Positions 1 to 10,775 of a DNA stretch of 30,925 nt are shown in pieces. A program made the translations under genes and the position numbers. Under the pieces are notes generated by a model. That model saw nothing but the letters and a program-made list of their open reading frames with translations, was not told the DNA's origin and did no database searches. This DNA comes from Acaryochloridaceae cyanobacterium VAR_48_metabat_390 (GTDB taxonomy: Bacteria; Cyanobacteriota; Cyanobacteriia; Thermosynechococcales; Thermosynechococcaceae). Position 1 is the first letter of the stretch. Every line of letters begins with the position of its first letter. The stretch covers positions 1-30,925 of the forward strand of contig JANPLU010000119.1 of assembly GCA_031422435.1 (NCBI GenBank), read 5' to 3'.

Positions 1-1
1 G

Positions 2-178
2 AAAAAAGTCGTGACGATTTTAATTGTGACGCACAACATGCAGCAAGCCGCGCGCGTATCTGACTACACCGCCTACATGTACATAGGCGAAGTGATCGAG
101 TTTGATGAAACCAACACCATCTTCATGAAGCCCAAACAAAAGCAGACTGAAGACTACATCACAGGAAGGTTTGGCTAA
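2..178 (+). CDS. pstB: Phosphate ABC transporter ATP-binding protein PstB, 3' fragment (5' end outside window; apparently non-cyanobacterial)
   Basis: Manual translation of frame +2 gives [58 protein letters not shown] (TAA 176-178). [14 protein letters not shown] and EDYITGRFG are hallmark PstB C-terminal motifs. phoU follows 4 nt later. Not in the ORF track. Confidence 0.95.
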   Translation, partial: KKVVTILIVTHNMQQAARVSDYTAYMYIGEVIEFDETNTIFMKPKQKQTEDYITGRFG

Positions 179-182
179 CTCT

Positions 183-320
183 ATGACAGGCGAACATCTC
201 TCCAAACAATTCGACTCCGATCTGGACGCCATCCGCGCGCGGGTGCTGCAAATGGGCGGCTTGGTCGAGCAGCAAGTGCGCAACGCCGTCGATGCCTACG
301 CTAACGGCAGCGTGGCGCAG
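183..320 (+). CDS. phoU: Phosphate signalling protein PhoU, N-terminal fragment, truncated at the junction with truA
   Basis: ATG 183: MTGEHLSKQFDSDLDAIRARVLQMGGLVEQQVRNAVDAYANGSVAQ matches the proteobacterial PhoU N-terminus (HxSxQFDxxL...VLxMGGLVE). It sits directly after pstB. Beyond ~320 the frame is simply the antisense of truA. Confidence 0.88.
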
Positions 321-1049
321 CTTCACTTCGTGGCGCTGCTCGGTTTGCCAAATTTCGGTAAAGGCTTCTGGCGATCGCAGTCCGGCCCCTACCTGCACAA
401 GCTGACCCACCAGCAGCCGCATCATGCCGTACAAAAAGCCGCTGGCCTGCACCTCAATCTGAAGCAGTGAACCTGCGCCAGCATTCGTGACAGATTCACA
501 GCTTGCAGCCTGCACATCCACCCAAGAATGCTTTCGGCTAGAGCCAGCCCGATGAAACGCCGATAAGTGATGACGACCCACCAGCGGTTTTAAGGCAGAC
601 TGCATCCGTTCAACATCTAAAGGATGATGATAATAGTGCCAGGTGTAGGGCTGTAAAAACAGATTCGGGCGCGCATCTCCATACAGCGTGTAGCGATAGC
701 GCCGCCAAAGTGCCGAAAATCGAGCGTGCCAGCTTGAGGAAACCGCCGCAGAGGCACGAATTAGGACATCATCCGATAGTCGAGCATTCAAGACACTCGC
801 CCATCGAGCGGGTGGAATGGGTGATGCCACTTCAAAGTGCGCCACCTGAGCCGCTGCATGGACTCCTGTGTCGGTTCGTCCTGCGCCGTGAAGCGTCACA
901 GGATAGCCCACCACAGATTCAATGGCCTGCTCAATATCAGCCTGCACGCTGCGATGATGGGGCTGCCGCTGCCAACCATGAAAACGAGTGCCCAGGTACT
1001 GAATAACCAGGGCAACTCTTTGCACAGTAGGAAGAATCGTAGACACCAT
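321..1049 (-). CDS. truA: tRNA pseudouridine(38-40) synthase TruA, 3'-truncated at ~321
   Basis: Motifs QYLGTRFHGWQRQ, catalytic GAGRTDTGVHA, WHARFSA and ASGFLYGMMRLLVG; follows rplQ as in cyanobacteria. Similarity ends at ...EQRHEVK. The expected APxxGLxL..V.Y tail is absent, and the ORF runs on to 159 over antisense phoU/pstB. Confidence 0.92.
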
Positions 1050-1091
1050 AAAACTCGAAGCGCTTACTTAATTTTGGCGACTGCCTGTAGG

Positions 1092-1442
1092 TTAGACCAG
1101 CTCAATGACCGACATCTCAGCAGCATCTCCCCGACGGGGCACCGTGCGAATAATGCGGGTGTATCCACCGTTGCGATTTCCGTAACGCTCAGGCGCACTT
1201 TCAAACAGCGCATGTACAAGCTGCTTGTCGTAGATGTAGCCCAGCGCCCGACGACGAGCAGCCAGAGTACCTTCCTTCGCCAGAGTAATCATATGCTCCG
1301 CTTCAGAGCGGACAGCACGCGCCCTTGCCTTCGTAGTCGTAATTCGACCATGACGAATCAGCTCCGTCGTTAAGGCGCGAAGCAGTGCTTTGCGCTGGTC
1401 AGCGGGTTTACTTAATTGATGCACGCGACAACGATGACGCAT
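1092..1442 (-). CDS. rplQ: 50S ribosomal protein L17
   Basis: [29 protein letters not shown]...RNGGYTRII; lies after rpoA. Confidence 0.99.
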   Translation of the reverse strand: MRHRCRVHQLSKPADQRKALLRALTTELIRHGRITTTKARARAVRSEAEHMITLAKEGTLAARRRALGYIYDKQLVHALFESAPERYGNRNGGYTRIIRTVPRRGDAAEMSVIELV

Positions 1443-1474
1443 ATCGACCTATTTCCCTTACTATTGGTTCTAAA

Positions 1475-2422
1475 TTATGGGTTTTTTGAAGCCTTTTCTA
1501 GGGGAAGCGTAATGCCCAAATGAATTTGGAGCGCTTCAATCACCTCTTCAGCAGACTTTGCGCCAAAGTTTTTAATCTCTAGCAGATCTTCTTGAGAATA
1601 CTCCAGTAGATCGGCAACGCTATTAATTTGAGCGCGTTTGAGACAGTTATAGGCGCGTACCGATAGGTTTAACCCTTCGATCGCAATCTGATTCGTCTCA
1701 TCCTCTGCCGCAATCTCAGGATCTTCGACGGGTCTATAGGTGACATCTTTGAGCGGATTAAATAAGTCCACTAAAATAGATGCTGCCTGACTCAGCGACT
1801 CTTGAGGCGTCAAACTGCCGTTTGTCCACATCTCGATAATGAGGCGATCTTTTTCCATAGAACCACCCACACGGGCATCTTCTACGGTGTAGTTCACCTT
1901 CCGGACTGGCATAAAGATTGCGTCAATTTGCAAGAAGTCGAGGGCAACGTTTTCGTCTCGATTTTTTTCGACCGGACGGTAGCCTTTGCCTTGCTCAATC
2001 TTAAACTCCATCTCAAGTACAGCATCAGGACCAAGGGTTGCAACATACTGGTCAGGGCTAATGATTTCAACGTCTGCTGAAACTTCAAAATCCTTCGCAG
2101 TGACCGTTGCAGGTCCTTTTACAAAAAGCCTGCCAATTTGTGGCTCAGGGCTATGGCTGTTTAGGACGATCTGCTTCATACTCAGCAGCACGTCCAAAAC
2201 ATCCTCACGGACACCGGGAATTGCTGCAAATTCGTGATTCACACCCGCAATGCGAACGGAAGTTACGGCTGTACCCGATAAGTTAGACAGCAAAATTCGC
2301 CGCAGGGCGTTTCCTACCGTGGTTCCCTGACCGCGATCTAGCGGCTCTAGGACAAACTTGCCGTACTGGCTGTAGTCTGCGTCCACTCTCGATTCAATAC
2401 ATTCAACCTGAAATTGCGCCAC
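1475..2422 (-). CDS. rpoA: RNA polymerase alpha subunit
   Basis: EPLDRGQGTTVGNALRRILLS; alpha-CTD LSVRAYNCLKRA...NFGAKSAEEV; GTG start. Confidence 0.99.
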   Translation of the reverse strand: MAQFQVECIESRVDADYSQYGKFVLEPLDRGQGTTVGNALRRILLSNLSGTAVTSVRIAGVNHEFAAIPGVREDVLDVLLSMKQIVLNSHSPEPQIGRLFVKGPATVTAKDFEVSADVEIISPDQYVATLGPDAVLEMEFKIEQGKGYRPVEKNRDENVALDFLQIDAIFMPVRKVNYTVEDARVGGSMEKDRLIIEMWTNGSLTPQESLSQAASILVDLFNPLKDVTYRPVEDPEIAAEDETNQIAIEGLNLSVRAYNCLKRAQINSVADLLEYSQEDLLEIKNFGAKSAEEVIEALQIHLGITLPLEKASKNP

Positions 2423-2548
2423 GTGAAACCCTCTCTTGTTGCTGCTGCTGCTTGCTTCAATGCGCCTACAAAAGTCAACAGGTTTTACTAAAACACTTTA
2501 TTTCGCCGTAAAAGCTTGTGCTAGAGCAAACCACTGACCTAAACGGCG

Positions 2549-2941
2549 TTAAACGCGTCTACGCTTCGGTGGACGGCAGCCGTTGTGAGGAATCGGTGTT
2601 ACATCTCGAATTAACGTGATTTCGAGTCCAGCACCCTGAAGGGCACGAATGGCGGTTTCCCGACCTGCGCCAGGACCACTGACCATGACCTCAATTTGTC
2701 GCATGCCTTGATCCATGGCACGTCGAGCAGCGCCTTCAGATGCGGTTTGAGCGGCAAAGGGGGTGCCTTTTTTCGCGCCCTTGAAGCCGCTAGAGCCAGC
2801 CGAGGCCCAGGAAATGACTTCACCATTCACGTCGGAGATGGTGACGATGGTGTTGTTGAATGTGGATTGGATGTGAGCCACGCCGCTGGGGACGTTCCGC
2901 TTTTGCTTACGGCTAGAGGATCGTTTCGATTGTTGCGCCAT
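2549..2941 (-). CDS. rpsK: 30S ribosomal protein S11
   Basis: [44 protein letters not shown]. Confidence 0.99.
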   Translation of the reverse strand: MAQQSKRSSSRKQKRNVPSGVAHIQSTFNNTIVTISDVNGEVISWASAGSSGFKGAKKGTPFAAQTASEGAARRAMDQGMRQIEVMVSGPGAGRETAIRALQGAGLEITLIRDVTPIPHNGCRPPKRRRV

Positions 2942-3020
2942 ATCGGTTCTTTAACTGTTATCGAGGCAGACTACGCTAAAACTGGGCTAAAAAATGGGAG
3001 AGGGAATTGAAAGCAACTAA

Positions 3021-3398
3021 TTATTTCTTCACTGCCTTTTTCTTCCCGGCTACGGTACGACGACCGCCACGACGGGTTCGGGCATTGGTACGAGTCCGCT
3101 GACCGCGAACGGGCAGACCCAGACGATGACGGCGACCTCTATAAGTTCCGATGTCCATCAATCGCTTGATGTTCATAGATTCAAATCGTCGGAGATCTCC
3201 TTCGATTTGATACTCTTCAACCGCAACCCTCAAAGAAGAAATGTCTGCGTCAGACAGCTCTTTAATGCGGGTATCAGGGTTAACACCTGTTTTCGCTAAA
3301 ATGGCGTGGGATCGTGACAAGCCAATTCCAAAAATGTAGGTCAGACCAATCTCAACGCGCTTGTCTCGTGGAAGGTCAACTCCGGCAATACGTGCCAC
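3021..3398 (-). CDS. rpsM: 30S ribosomal protein S13
   Basis: [44 protein letters not shown] start. Confidence 0.99.
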   Translation of the reverse strand: MARIAGVDLPRDKRVEIGLTYIFGIGLSRSHAILAKTGVNPDTRIKELSDADISSLRVAVEEYQIEGDLRRFESMNIKRLMDIGTYRGRRHRLGLPVRGQRTRTNARTRRGGRRTVAGKKKAVKK

Positions 3399-3474
3399 GC
3401 TATGCTTATCTCCTTTGTGGATACGTTACTCATTCACAGCCCCAAGGGGCAAACTCAATGGACAAAACTGTCGC

Positions 3475-3588
3475 TTACCCTTGGCGCTGTTTATGCTTTG
3501 GATTAGTACAGATGACCATCACACGACCTCGCCGCCGAATAACGCGGCACTTGTCGCAGATTTTACGGACGGATGCACGAACTTTCAT
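3475..3588 (-). CDS. rpmJ: 50S ribosomal protein L36 (37 aa, zinc-ribbon form)
   Basis: Manual translation: [37 protein letters not shown] (ATG 3588, TAA 3477-3475). Lies between infA and rpsM, below the ORF-track size cutoff. Confidence 0.99.
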   Translation of the reverse strand: MKVRASVRKICDKCRVIRRRGRVMVICTNPKHKQRQG

Positions 3589-3674
3589 GACTACTTACAA
3601 CTCCAAACTCGTTATCTTAGCACTATTCAAAGCTAAAGGAAAATTTAAAAAATTATATCTTATGGTTAGGCTGA

Positions 3675-3899
3675 CTACTTTTTGCGGAGGCGATAGGTAA
3701 TGCGGCCTTTGGTCAGGTCGTAGGGGGTTAGCTCAACCTTGACGCGATCGCCGGGCAAAATTTTGATGTAGTTCCGCCGAATTTTGCCAGAGATATGAGC
3801 GAGGACATTGAAGCCGTTATCCAGATCCACGCGGAACATCGCGTTCGGCAGGGATTCGGTGACGGTTCCTTCCATCTCAATGACATCTTGCTTAGACAA
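3675..3899 (-). CDS. infA: Translation initiation factor IF-1
   Basis: [28 protein letters not shown]...[15 protein letters not shown]. Start placed at TTG 3899, 9 nt after AAGGAGG. Confidence 0.98.
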   Translation of the reverse strand: MSKQDVIEMEGTVTESLPNAMFRVDLDNGFNVLAHISGKIRRNYIKILPGDRVKVELTPYDLTKGRITYRLRKK

Positions 3900-3939
3900 T
3901 GGCAATATCCTCCTTGAGGAATGCGAAACAGTATGAGGA

Positions 3940-4509
3940 TTAAGCTTTGGGGAAGAAGGCAGTCAGGGCAGTCTGAATCGCTGCCGTTACGTCCTCCACG
4001 GGGGCGCTCCCGTCAATGTCAGTAAGTTGATTGCGATCGCCATAGAAGCGAATCAATGGCGCGGTCTGATCATGATAGACCTGCAATCGACGACGAATGA
4101 CTTCCTCATTATCGTCCTTGCGCCCCCGCCCCAGAAGGCGCTCTAGAAGAAACCCGTCGGGCACCTCAAGATTTACCACACGATCTAAACTCTGATTGAT
4201 GCTAGACAGCAGTTCGTCTAGGGCGTGAGCTTGAGGGACAGTTCGAGGAAAACCGTCCAAGAGCCAGCCAGCCTGCGTGTCAGGTTGAACCAGCCGCTCC
4301 CGAATCATGTCGATGACCAACTCATCTGGCACCAGCTCTCCACGGTCTAGATATCCTTGAGCTTTTACCCCTAAGGTAGTTTGCTCAGACACTGCTGCCC
4401 GAAACAAATCCCCCGTCGAGATGTGAGGAACAGTGAATCGGCTCGAAAGCTCAACAGCCTGAGTACCCTTGCCAGCTCCAGGAGGACCAAAGAGAATTAA
4501 GCGTGCCAT
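3940..4509 (-). CDS. adk: Adenylate kinase (short-LID type)
   Basis: P-loop [28 protein letters not shown], short LID RGRKDD. Overlaps the secY stop by 1 nt (TAATG). Confidence 0.98.
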   Translation of the reverse strand: MARLILFGPPGAGKGTQAVELSSRFTVPHISTGDLFRAAVSEQTTLGVKAQGYLDRGELVPDELVIDMIRERLVQPDTQAGWLLDGFPRTVPQAHALDELLSSINQSLDRVVNLEVPDGFLLERLLGRGRKDDNEEVIRRRLQVYHDQTAPLIRFYGDRNQLTDIDGSAPVEDVTAAIQTALTAFFPKA

Positions 4510-5822
4510 TAATCTTTCACCATGCCTTCATAACGCTGGGAAATGACGTAGGTTTGAATCTGTTTAGCAGTATCAATCGCAACCCCAACCAGAATTAGCA
4601 AAGAAGTTGCTCCAAGCCCCCTGAAGGTTGTCACCCGCGTCGCGCTTTCAACAGCAGTCGGCACAACGGCAATAAACCCTAAGAAAACGGCTCCAAGCAG
4701 CGTCAGGCGGTTCAGGACTTTTTCGAGATACTCCGTTGTCGCCTTGCCAGGACGAATGCCAGGAATGCTTGCGCCACCCTTTTTAAGGTTTTGCGAGACA
4801 TCTACAGGGTTCATCACCAGAGAAGAATAAAAGTAGCTAAAAAACACAATGAGAGTCAAATAAAACGTGACGTGAATCCAAGGGGTAGGGCCAGCAGGGG
4901 AAAGATAGCCAGCAATTTTACCAATGGCTTCATTGCTAGCAAAATTAGTGGCTACTGCCCCAGGCAAAATCAGTACAGACGATGCAAAAATAATAGGCAT
5001 CACACCGCCCTGATTGAGGCGCAGTGGCAGGTAGCTGGTTTGCTCCCGATACATGCGACGACCCACCTGACGACGGGCATAAACAATGGGGATTCTTCTG
5101 CTGCCCTCTTGGACAAACACAACGCCCACAATCGTGAACAGATAAACCGTAATCAGCAGCACAACGTTACCGACGCTCACGCCGCTTTGGGTCAGATCAA
5201 TTGTCTGACTTAAAGATTGCGGTAAGCCAGAAACAATACTCAAAAAGATGAGTAGTGAAGCCCCGTTGCCGATGCCTCGTTCTGTAATCAGCTCACTCAC
5301 CCACATCACAAACATAGAGCCAGCGGTTAACGCCAACGTCATTTGTCCAATAAAGATGGGGCCAGGACTCGCCACGACTCCTGGTGCGGAGTTGACAAAG
5401 AGGGAAAAACCAATACTTTGAAGGATGGCCCATCCCAACGCAACGTAGCGCGTAAGCTGAGAAATTTTGCGCCGACCCGCTTCTCCTTCATCTTTTTGCA
5501 GACGCTCGAGGGAAGGTAAAGCAGCAGTCAAAAGCTGCATAATGATGGATGCATTGATAAAGGGAAGAATCCCCAAGGCAAAAATGCCTAGTGCCGAAAA
5601 GCCATTGCCAGAGAAGTAGTCGAGGAAACCCAAAAACTGGTTACTTTTGACAATCTCGGCAAAAGCGGGTCGATTGATGCCTGGGATGGGAAGATAAATC
5701 CCCAAACGAACCAAGACCAGTAGGCCAAGCGTGACCAATACTCGACCCCGCAGACCAGCAGCCTGCGCCATCTGAGTAAATGTTTCTTGGGCAGATGGTG
5801 TCTTTCCTCGACTGACGACCAT
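4509..5822 (-). CDS. secY: Preprotein translocase subunit SecY
   Basis: [63 protein letters not shown]; multiple TM segments. Confidence 0.99.
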   Translation of the reverse strand: MVVSRGKTPSAQETFTQMAQAAGLRGRVLVTLGLLVLVRLGIYLPIPGINRPAFAEIVKSNQFLGFLDYFSGNGFSALGIFALGILPFINASIIMQLLTAALPSLERLQKDEGEAGRRKISQLTRYVALGWAILQSIGFSLFVNSAPGVVASPGPIFIGQMTLALTAGSMFVMWVSELITERGIGNGASLLIFLSIVSGLPQSLSQTIDLTQSGVSVGNVVLLITVYLFTIVGVVFVQEGSRRIPIVYARRQVGRRMYREQTSYLPLRLNQGGVMPIIFASSVLILPGAVATNFASNEAIGKIAGYLSPAGPTPWIHVTFYLTLIVFFSYFYSSLVMNPVDVSQNLKKGGASIPGIRPGKATTEYLEKVLNRLTLLGAVFLGFIAVVPTAVESATRVTTFRGLGATSLLILVGVAIDTAKQIQTYVISQRYEGMVKD

Positions 5823-5893
5823 ATATGGTTAACCTCTTTTATTAAATGGCAGCGGCATTAAAGCTAAATTGAGACGCTGATAAACTGAGCAGA

Positions 5894-6340
5894 TTAGCCG
5901 ATAATTTCGATGCTGCCGCCTGCAGCTTCAATCTTGGCGATCGCACTCTTAGTCGCAGCCGAAGCCTTAACGTTGAGCGCAACAGTCAACTCGCCATCAC
6001 CAAGGATCTTCAAGCCCCCCTTCTGGGCGGTTAGAATTCCGGCTTCTAAAAGCGACTCAAGGGTCACTTCGCTATTGGCAGTCAAAGTTTCCAGGCGAGA
6101 CACATTCAGCACCGTGTACTGCTTGTGATTGACGAGGGTAAAGTGCTTAAGCTTCGGCACTCGGCGATAAAGAGGATTTTGCCCCCCTTCAAAACCAGGC
6201 CGTGTGGGGCGACCGGAACGAGACTTTTGTCCCCGCATCCCAAAGCCACAGCTCGCGCCTTGACCCGCCGCAATACCGCGACCGACACGGCGAGGGCGAT
6301 GCTGCGAACCCTCTTTTGGTTGTACGTCTTCTAATCTCAT
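5894..6340 (-). CDS. rplO: 50S ribosomal protein L15
   Basis: [41 protein letters not shown]. Confidence 0.99.
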   Translation of the reverse strand: MRLEDVQPKEGSQHRPRRVGRGIAAGQGASCGFGMRGQKSRSGRPTRPGFEGGQNPLYRRVPKLKHFTLVNHKQYTVLNVSRLETLTANSEVTLESLLEAGILTAQKGGLKILGDGELTVALNVKASAATKSAIAKIEAAGGSIEIIG

Positions 6341-6382
6341 GATAATTGCATCCTGGCAAAGACATTGGAGTTAAACATGGAT

Positions 6383-6428
6383 AAAGTGCCAGCGACATTG
6401 TGAGATCACAAATCGCAACTGGCACTTT
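6383..6428 (-). other. Intergenic stem-loop between rpsE and rplO
   Basis: Perfect 10-bp arms AAAGTGCCAG (6383-6392) and CTGGCACTTT (6419-6428), with inner pairing CGA/TCG and TGTGA/TCACA. Confidence 0.6.
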
Positions 6429-6449
6429 TAGGTATCGCTAAATCAAGAA

Positions 6450-6971
6450 CTAACTGTAGATTTGCTCAAGGGTCAAACCTCTTTCTTCTGCAACCTCAGC
6501 AAAGGTACGCAGCAAATTAAGGGCATTGACAGCAGCTCTGGCGTTATTAAGCGGGTTATCAGAACCCAACTGCTTTGCCAAGACGTTTTTAACGCCTGCC
6601 ATTTCCAGCACAATCCGCACTGCACCCCCTGCAATTACCCCAGTACCAGGGGCGGCAGGACGAAGCATGACTTTAGCCGCTCCCCCTCGTCCTTCAATGG
6701 GGTGAGGAATGGAGTTAGCCTTCGTTAAAGGCACATCTACAAGCTGCTTTTTGCCATCGGCAACGCCTTTCTTGACCGCGCCGATGACATCGCTGGCTTT
6801 ACCCACGCCCACGCCAACTTGACCACGCTCATTCCCGACGATGACGATCGCCCGAAAGCTGAGCTTTTTACCGCCCTTCACAACCTTGGACACGCGACGA
6901 ATTTGAACGACACGCTCTTGCCAGGTGCTTTCTTTCTCGCGGGCTTTGTTACTTTTACGACTCGTTGCCAT
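6450..6971 (-). CDS. rpsE: 30S ribosomal protein S5
   Basis: [34 protein letters not shown]. Confidence 0.99.
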   Translation of the reverse strand: MATSRKSNKAREKESTWQERVVQIRRVSKVVKGGKKLSFRAIVIVGNERGQVGVGVGKASDVIGAVKKGVADGKKQLVDVPLTKANSIPHPIEGRGGAAKVMLRPAAPGTGVIAGGAVRIVLEMAGVKNVLAKQLGSDNPLNNARAAVNALNLLRTFAEVAEERGLTLEQIYS

Positions 6972-6988
6972 AGTGTGTTATCCCAGTT

Positions 6989-7351
6989 CTAAAACTCTAG
7001 CCCAGCAGCCCGAGCCGCATCTGCCAGCGCTTTGACGCGCCCATGATACAGATTGCCACCTCGGTCAAATACGACGGTTTCGATACCCTGCTTGAGGGCG
7101 CGTTGGGCAATGAGCGTACCCACTGCTTCTGAAGCTGTACAGGTCGCCCCAGACTCAACTTTGCCCTTAACCTCTGACTCAACCGTAGAGGCTGCTGCCA
7201 AAGTCTGCTGACCGATATCGTCGATGAGCTGAGCATAGATGTGCTGGTTGGAGCGGAAAACTGCCAGCCGAGGTCGCTGGGCGGTGCCGCTAATTTTGCG
7301 ACGAACGCGATTGTGACGCGCCTTCAACGCTTCTTTACGAGTGCTTTTCAT
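6989..7351 (-). CDS. rplR: 50S ribosomal protein L18
   Basis: [42 protein letters not shown]. Confidence 0.99.
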   Translation of the reverse strand: MKSTRKEALKARHNRVRRKISGTAQRPRLAVFRSNQHIYAQLIDDIGQQTLAAASTVESEVKGKVESGATCTASEAVGTLIAQRALKQGIETVVFDRGGNLYHGRVKALADAARAAGLEF

Positions 7352-7891
7352 TTATTTCTTACCTGCCTTACCCACTTTACGGCGTACAAACTCGCCGGAA
7401 TATCGAATTCCTTTGCCCTTATAAGGCTCCGGCGGACGCACGGCGCGGATACTGGCGGCGATGTTGCCGACAATTTCTTTGTCGATCCCACTAACGACGA
7501 CGTTGGTGTTATTTTCAACCGCAATCTGCACACCTTCTGGCGGCTCAATCGTGACGGGATGACTATAGCCAACGTTGAGAATCAGGTTTTTGCCCTGGAT
7601 TTGGGCACGATAGCCCACGCCCTGAATTTCAAGTCGCTTTTGGAATCCTTGGGAGACTCCTTCTACCATGTTAGCGACGAGACTTCGAGACAGGCCATGA
7701 CGCTGACGCGCAACGCGAGACTCGTTGATTCGCTTTACGTGCAGAATATCGCTCTCTTGTTCTGCGGTGACTTCAGGCACTAAAACCCGTGAAAGTTCGC
7801 CCTTAGGACCTTTCACGCTGACGCTTTGGCCACTGATAGTAACAGTCACCTTATCGGGGATGGGAATGGGGCGTTTACCAATACGAGACAT
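7352..7891 (-). CDS. rplF: 50S ribosomal protein L6
   Basis: True start MSRIGKRPI at ATG 7891; [13 protein letters not shown]. Confidence 0.99.
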   Translation of the reverse strand: MSRIGKRPIPIPDKVTVTISGQSVSVKGPKGELSRVLVPEVTAEQESDILHVKRINESRVARQRHGLSRSLVANMVEGVSQGFQKRLEIQGVGYRAQIQGKNLILNVGYSHPVTIEPPEGVQIAVENNTNVVVSGIDKEIVGNIAASIRAVRPPEPYKGKGIRYSGEFVRRKVGKAGKK

Positions 7892-7930
7892 CTCAATACT
7901 CCATGTCAATTCTGTGCGGGGGACGACGGC

Positions 7931-8332
7931 CTACCAAACGTAGCAAAGGACTTCGCCGCCCACGCCAGTACGGCGCGCTTCGCGGTCGGTCATAATGCCG
8001 CTTGAGGTTGAGATAATGGCAACGCCGATTCCACCCAATACCCGAGGCAGATCTTGGCGGTTAGAATACACGCGCAGACCTGGCTTACTCACCCGCTTAA
8101 GGGTGTTAATGATGGGCTGGCGGTTTCTGCCGCGATACTTAAGGGTAATGACGAGACGTCGCTTGACCCCTTCACCATCTTCTTCAAAATCTGTAATGTA
8201 CCCTTCGGATTTGAGAACCGTCGCAACGTTGCGCGTCACTTTGGTGAAGGGCACTTCTGTTGTTTGATGCCGAGCAAGATTCGCGTTGCGAATCCGGGTC
8301 AACATATCGCCTATTGTGTCATTTGCCGCCAT
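7931..8332 (-). CDS. rpsH: 30S ribosomal protein S8
   Basis: [34 protein letters not shown]. Confidence 0.99.
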   Translation of the reverse strand: MAANDTIGDMLTRIRNANLARHQTTEVPFTKVTRNVATVLKSEGYITDFEEDGEGVKRRLVITLKYRGRNRQPIINTLKRVSKPGLRVYSNRQDLPRVLGGIGVAIISTSSGIMTDREARRTGVGGEVLCYVW

Positions 8333-8378
8333 AGTTACTCCTTATTGAACCGCCCCATACGCGCCTACGCCCCGTTCT

Positions 8379-8924
8379 CTAATTCTCACGGAACGGCATT
8401 CCCAACGCCTTTAGCAAGGCGCGCCCTTCTTCATCCGTTTTAGCTGTGGTGATGATGGAGACATCCATCCCTCGCACTTGATCCACGCTGTCATAGCTCA
8501 CTTCGGGGAAAATAAGCTGCTCTCGCAGACCCAGGGTATAGTTCCCTCGACCATCAAAGCTTTTGGGGCTAACGCCACGAAAGTCTCTAATACGCGGCAA
8601 CGAAAGGTTGATGAGTCGGTCTAGAAAGGCGTACATGCGATCACGTCGCAGTGTAACCATCAGACCCACGGGCATTCCCTTCCGAATTTTGAATCCGGCG
8701 ATCGCCTTCTTCGCCCGCGTTACCACTGGACGTTGACCCGCAATGATTGCCACTTCGTTGAGGGATGCCTCAAGTGCTTTTGCATTTTGCGCCGATTCCC
8801 CTAAGCCTCGATTGATCGTGACCTTCAGAATTTTGGGAACTTCATGAATATTTTTATACTCAAATTGTTCCCGCAGCTTAGGCACTACGGTGTCGAGATA
8901 CTGCTGTTTAAACCGAATAGACAT
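8379..8924 (-). CDS. rplE: 50S ribosomal protein L5
   Basis: [41 protein letters not shown]. Confidence 0.99.
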   Translation of the reverse strand: MSIRFKQQYLDTVVPKLREQFEYKNIHEVPKILKVTINRGLGESAQNAKALEASLNEVAIIAGQRPVVTRAKKAIAGFKIRKGMPVGLMVTLRRDRMYAFLDRLINLSLPRIRDFRGVSPKSFDGRGNYTLGLREQLIFPEVSYDSVDQVRGMDVSIITTAKTDEEGRALLKALGMPFREN

Positions 8925-8997
8925 GGTGGATTCCTTAAGTGCCCTGGTCTTGGTCAGGGATGAAATAAATGGTTTGCAATCGTCAGCCTTTTGAGCT

Positions 8998-9345
8998 TTA
9001 GTCTAAAATTTCGCCCGTTTTTTTGAGCATTCTCACCTTACGACCGTCATCAGTGAAGGTGTAGCAAACGCGGCTTGCCACGTTTTGCTTGGTGGAATAC
9101 AGCATTACATTAGAGCTGTGAATCGGGAATTCATAGCTTTGCACCTGACCTGATTCGCCCTCTTGCTGCGGCTTAATATGCTTGGTCTTAATGTTGACCC
9201 CTTTCACGACAACCTGGCTCTTTTTAGGAAGCACTCGAATGATTTCGCCGACCTTAGCCTTGTCTTTACCAGAAATCACCTGAACGGTGTCTCCTGTTTT
9301 GACGTGCATTTTATGACGGGTCGCAGTCGCTTGTGGTTTTGCCAT
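8998..9345 (-). CDS. rplX: 50S ribosomal protein L24
   Basis: KOW motif [25 protein letters not shown]. Confidence 0.99.
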   Translation of the reverse strand: MAKPQATATRHKMHVKTGDTVQVISGKDKAKVGEIIRVLPKKSQVVVKGVNIKTKHIKPQQEGESGQVQSYEFPIHSSNVMLYSTKQNVASRVCYTFTDDGRKVRMLKKTGEILD

Positions 9346-9713
9346 TACAGTACCTCCGGTGCCAGGGAGACGATTTTTGTGAAGCTCTTATCGCGCAGTT
9401 CCCGTGCAACAGGGCCAAATACGCGGGTGCCTCTGGGGTTGCCATCAGCGTTGATGAGTACGGCGGCGTTGTCGTCGAACCGAATTGTCATGCCGCTGTC
9501 GCGGCGAATGGCCTTACGTGTTCTGACGATCACGGCTCGCACCACATCAGACTTTTTGACGGGCATGTTGGGTGTCGCATCTTTGACAGCAGCAATAATG
9601 ACATCGCCGACACCGCCATACTTACGATTCCCGCCGCCGAGGACGCGAATGCAGAGAAGCTTTTTAGCGCCGCTATTATCAGCGACAGTGAGATAGGTTT
9701 CTTGTTGAATCAT
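9345..9713 (-). CDS. rplN: 50S ribosomal protein L14
   Basis: [39 protein letters not shown]. Confidence 0.99.
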   Translation of the reverse strand: MIQQETYLTVADNSGAKKLLCIRVLGGGNRKYGGVGDVIIAAVKDATPNMPVKKSDVVRAVIVRTRKAIRRDSGMTIRFDDNAAVLINADGNPRGTRVFGPVARELRDKSFTKIVSLAPEVL

Positions 9714-9724
9714 GTCCGTAACAC

Positions 9725-9976
9725 CTATGCCTTAACGGCCGTTGAAAGAATTTCGGCAATAATCCAACGCTTGGTGCGGCTGAGAGGCCGCGTCTCAAGG
9801 ATTCGGACGCGATCGCCTGTATGGGACGCATTTTCCTCATCGTGGACTTTATACCGCTGCGTTTTCACGACAATCTTGCCGTATTTGGGATGGGGGACTC
9901 TACTTTCGATCGCAACAACGACGGTTTTATCCATCTTGTCGCTAACCACTAAGCCCACTCGTTCTTTGACCGCCAT
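9725..9976 (-). CDS. rpsQ: 30S ribosomal protein S17
   Basis: [31 protein letters not shown]. Confidence 0.99.
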   Translation of the reverse strand: MAVKERVGLVVSDKMDKTVVVAIESRVPHPKYGKIVVKTQRYKVHDEENASHTGDRVRILETRPLSRTKRWIIAEILSTAVKA

Positions 9977-10060
9977 TGGCGAATACTCCTAATGCTGAAA
10001 TCGCGTTAACTGGTTGTTTTAAAGCATCGTTTTGAAGATGTAGCTTTGAAGCTATGGCTT

Positions 10061-10276
10061 CTAACTTGCGGCTCCAGCCTGTAGCTCGCGCTCGCGCTGA
10101 AGGGTTTTGAGCTGCGCGAGTTTGTGACGCGCGTGCTTGTACTGGTGAGATGCAACGGTTTGACGAGTTGCAGCTTGAAAGCGTAAATCAAAGAGCTGGC
10201 GCTTGAGGGTCTGAATCTCGGTTTCCACCGCCTCAGCACTCAAGGGGCGCAGCTCACTCATCTTGGAGAGTGACAT
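10061..10276 (-). CDS. rpmC: 50S ribosomal protein L29
   Basis: [16 protein letters not shown]...[12 protein letters not shown]; lies between rplP and rpsQ. Confidence 0.97.
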   Translation of the reverse strand: MSLSKMSELRPLSAEAVETEIQTLKRQLFDLRFQAATRQTVASHQYKHARHKLAQLKTLQRERELQAGAAS

Positions 10277-10700
10277 TTTCGGTCGATTCCTCTAGGGTAC
10301 GCATAATAAACTTGGTTTTGATCGGCATCTTAAACGCCGCCAGACGCATGGCTTCCCGTGCAATCTCTTCGGTGACGCCCGTAATTTCATACATGATGCG
10401 TCCTGGCTTCACTACCGCTACCCAATACTCAGGCGCACCTTTACCAGAACCCATTCGAGTTTCTGCGGGACGCATGGTGACGGGCTTATCGGGGAAGATT
10501 CGAATCCAGATTTTGCCACCCCGTTTGATGTAGCGGGTCATCGCTCGACGACCGGCCTCAATTTGACGAGAGGTAATCCAGGATGGCTCCTGTGCCTGTA
10601 GGCCAAACTCTCCAAAGTTCAGCGTGTTGCCGCGCGACGCTTTGCCTTTCATGCGGCCGCGCTGCTGCTTCCTAAATTTAGTTCTTCTTGGGCTTAACAT
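10254..10700 (-). CDS. rplP: 50S ribosomal protein L16
   Basis: [33 protein letters not shown]. Confidence 0.99.
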   Translation of the reverse strand: MLSPRRTKFRKQQRGRMKGKASRGNTLNFGEFGLQAQEPSWITSRQIEAGRRAMTRYIKRGGKIWIRIFPDKPVTMRPAETRMGSGKGAPEYWVAVVKPGRIMYEITGVTEEIAREAMRLAAFKMPIKTKFIMRTLEESTENVTLQDE

Positions 10701-10775
10701 GATCCGAAACTATGGGTATGAATGGGTACTGAGTCGAAGGAGCCAGACCGCAGGTGCAGTAAGGAGAATGCGCCG

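Noticed and set aside
159..320. C-terminal 53 aa of the 296-aa 'TruA' ORF as a novel extension
   Set aside because: It is the antisense reading of the foreign phoU/pstB fragment across the junction.
171..470. 99-aa ORF as a complete small protein
   Set aside because: Hybrid of the PhoU N-terminus and antisense truA; the real start is ATG 183.
10006..10239. 77-aa alternative-frame ORF overlapping rpmC
   Set aside because: The 10061-10276 frame carries the L29 signature; this frame has none.
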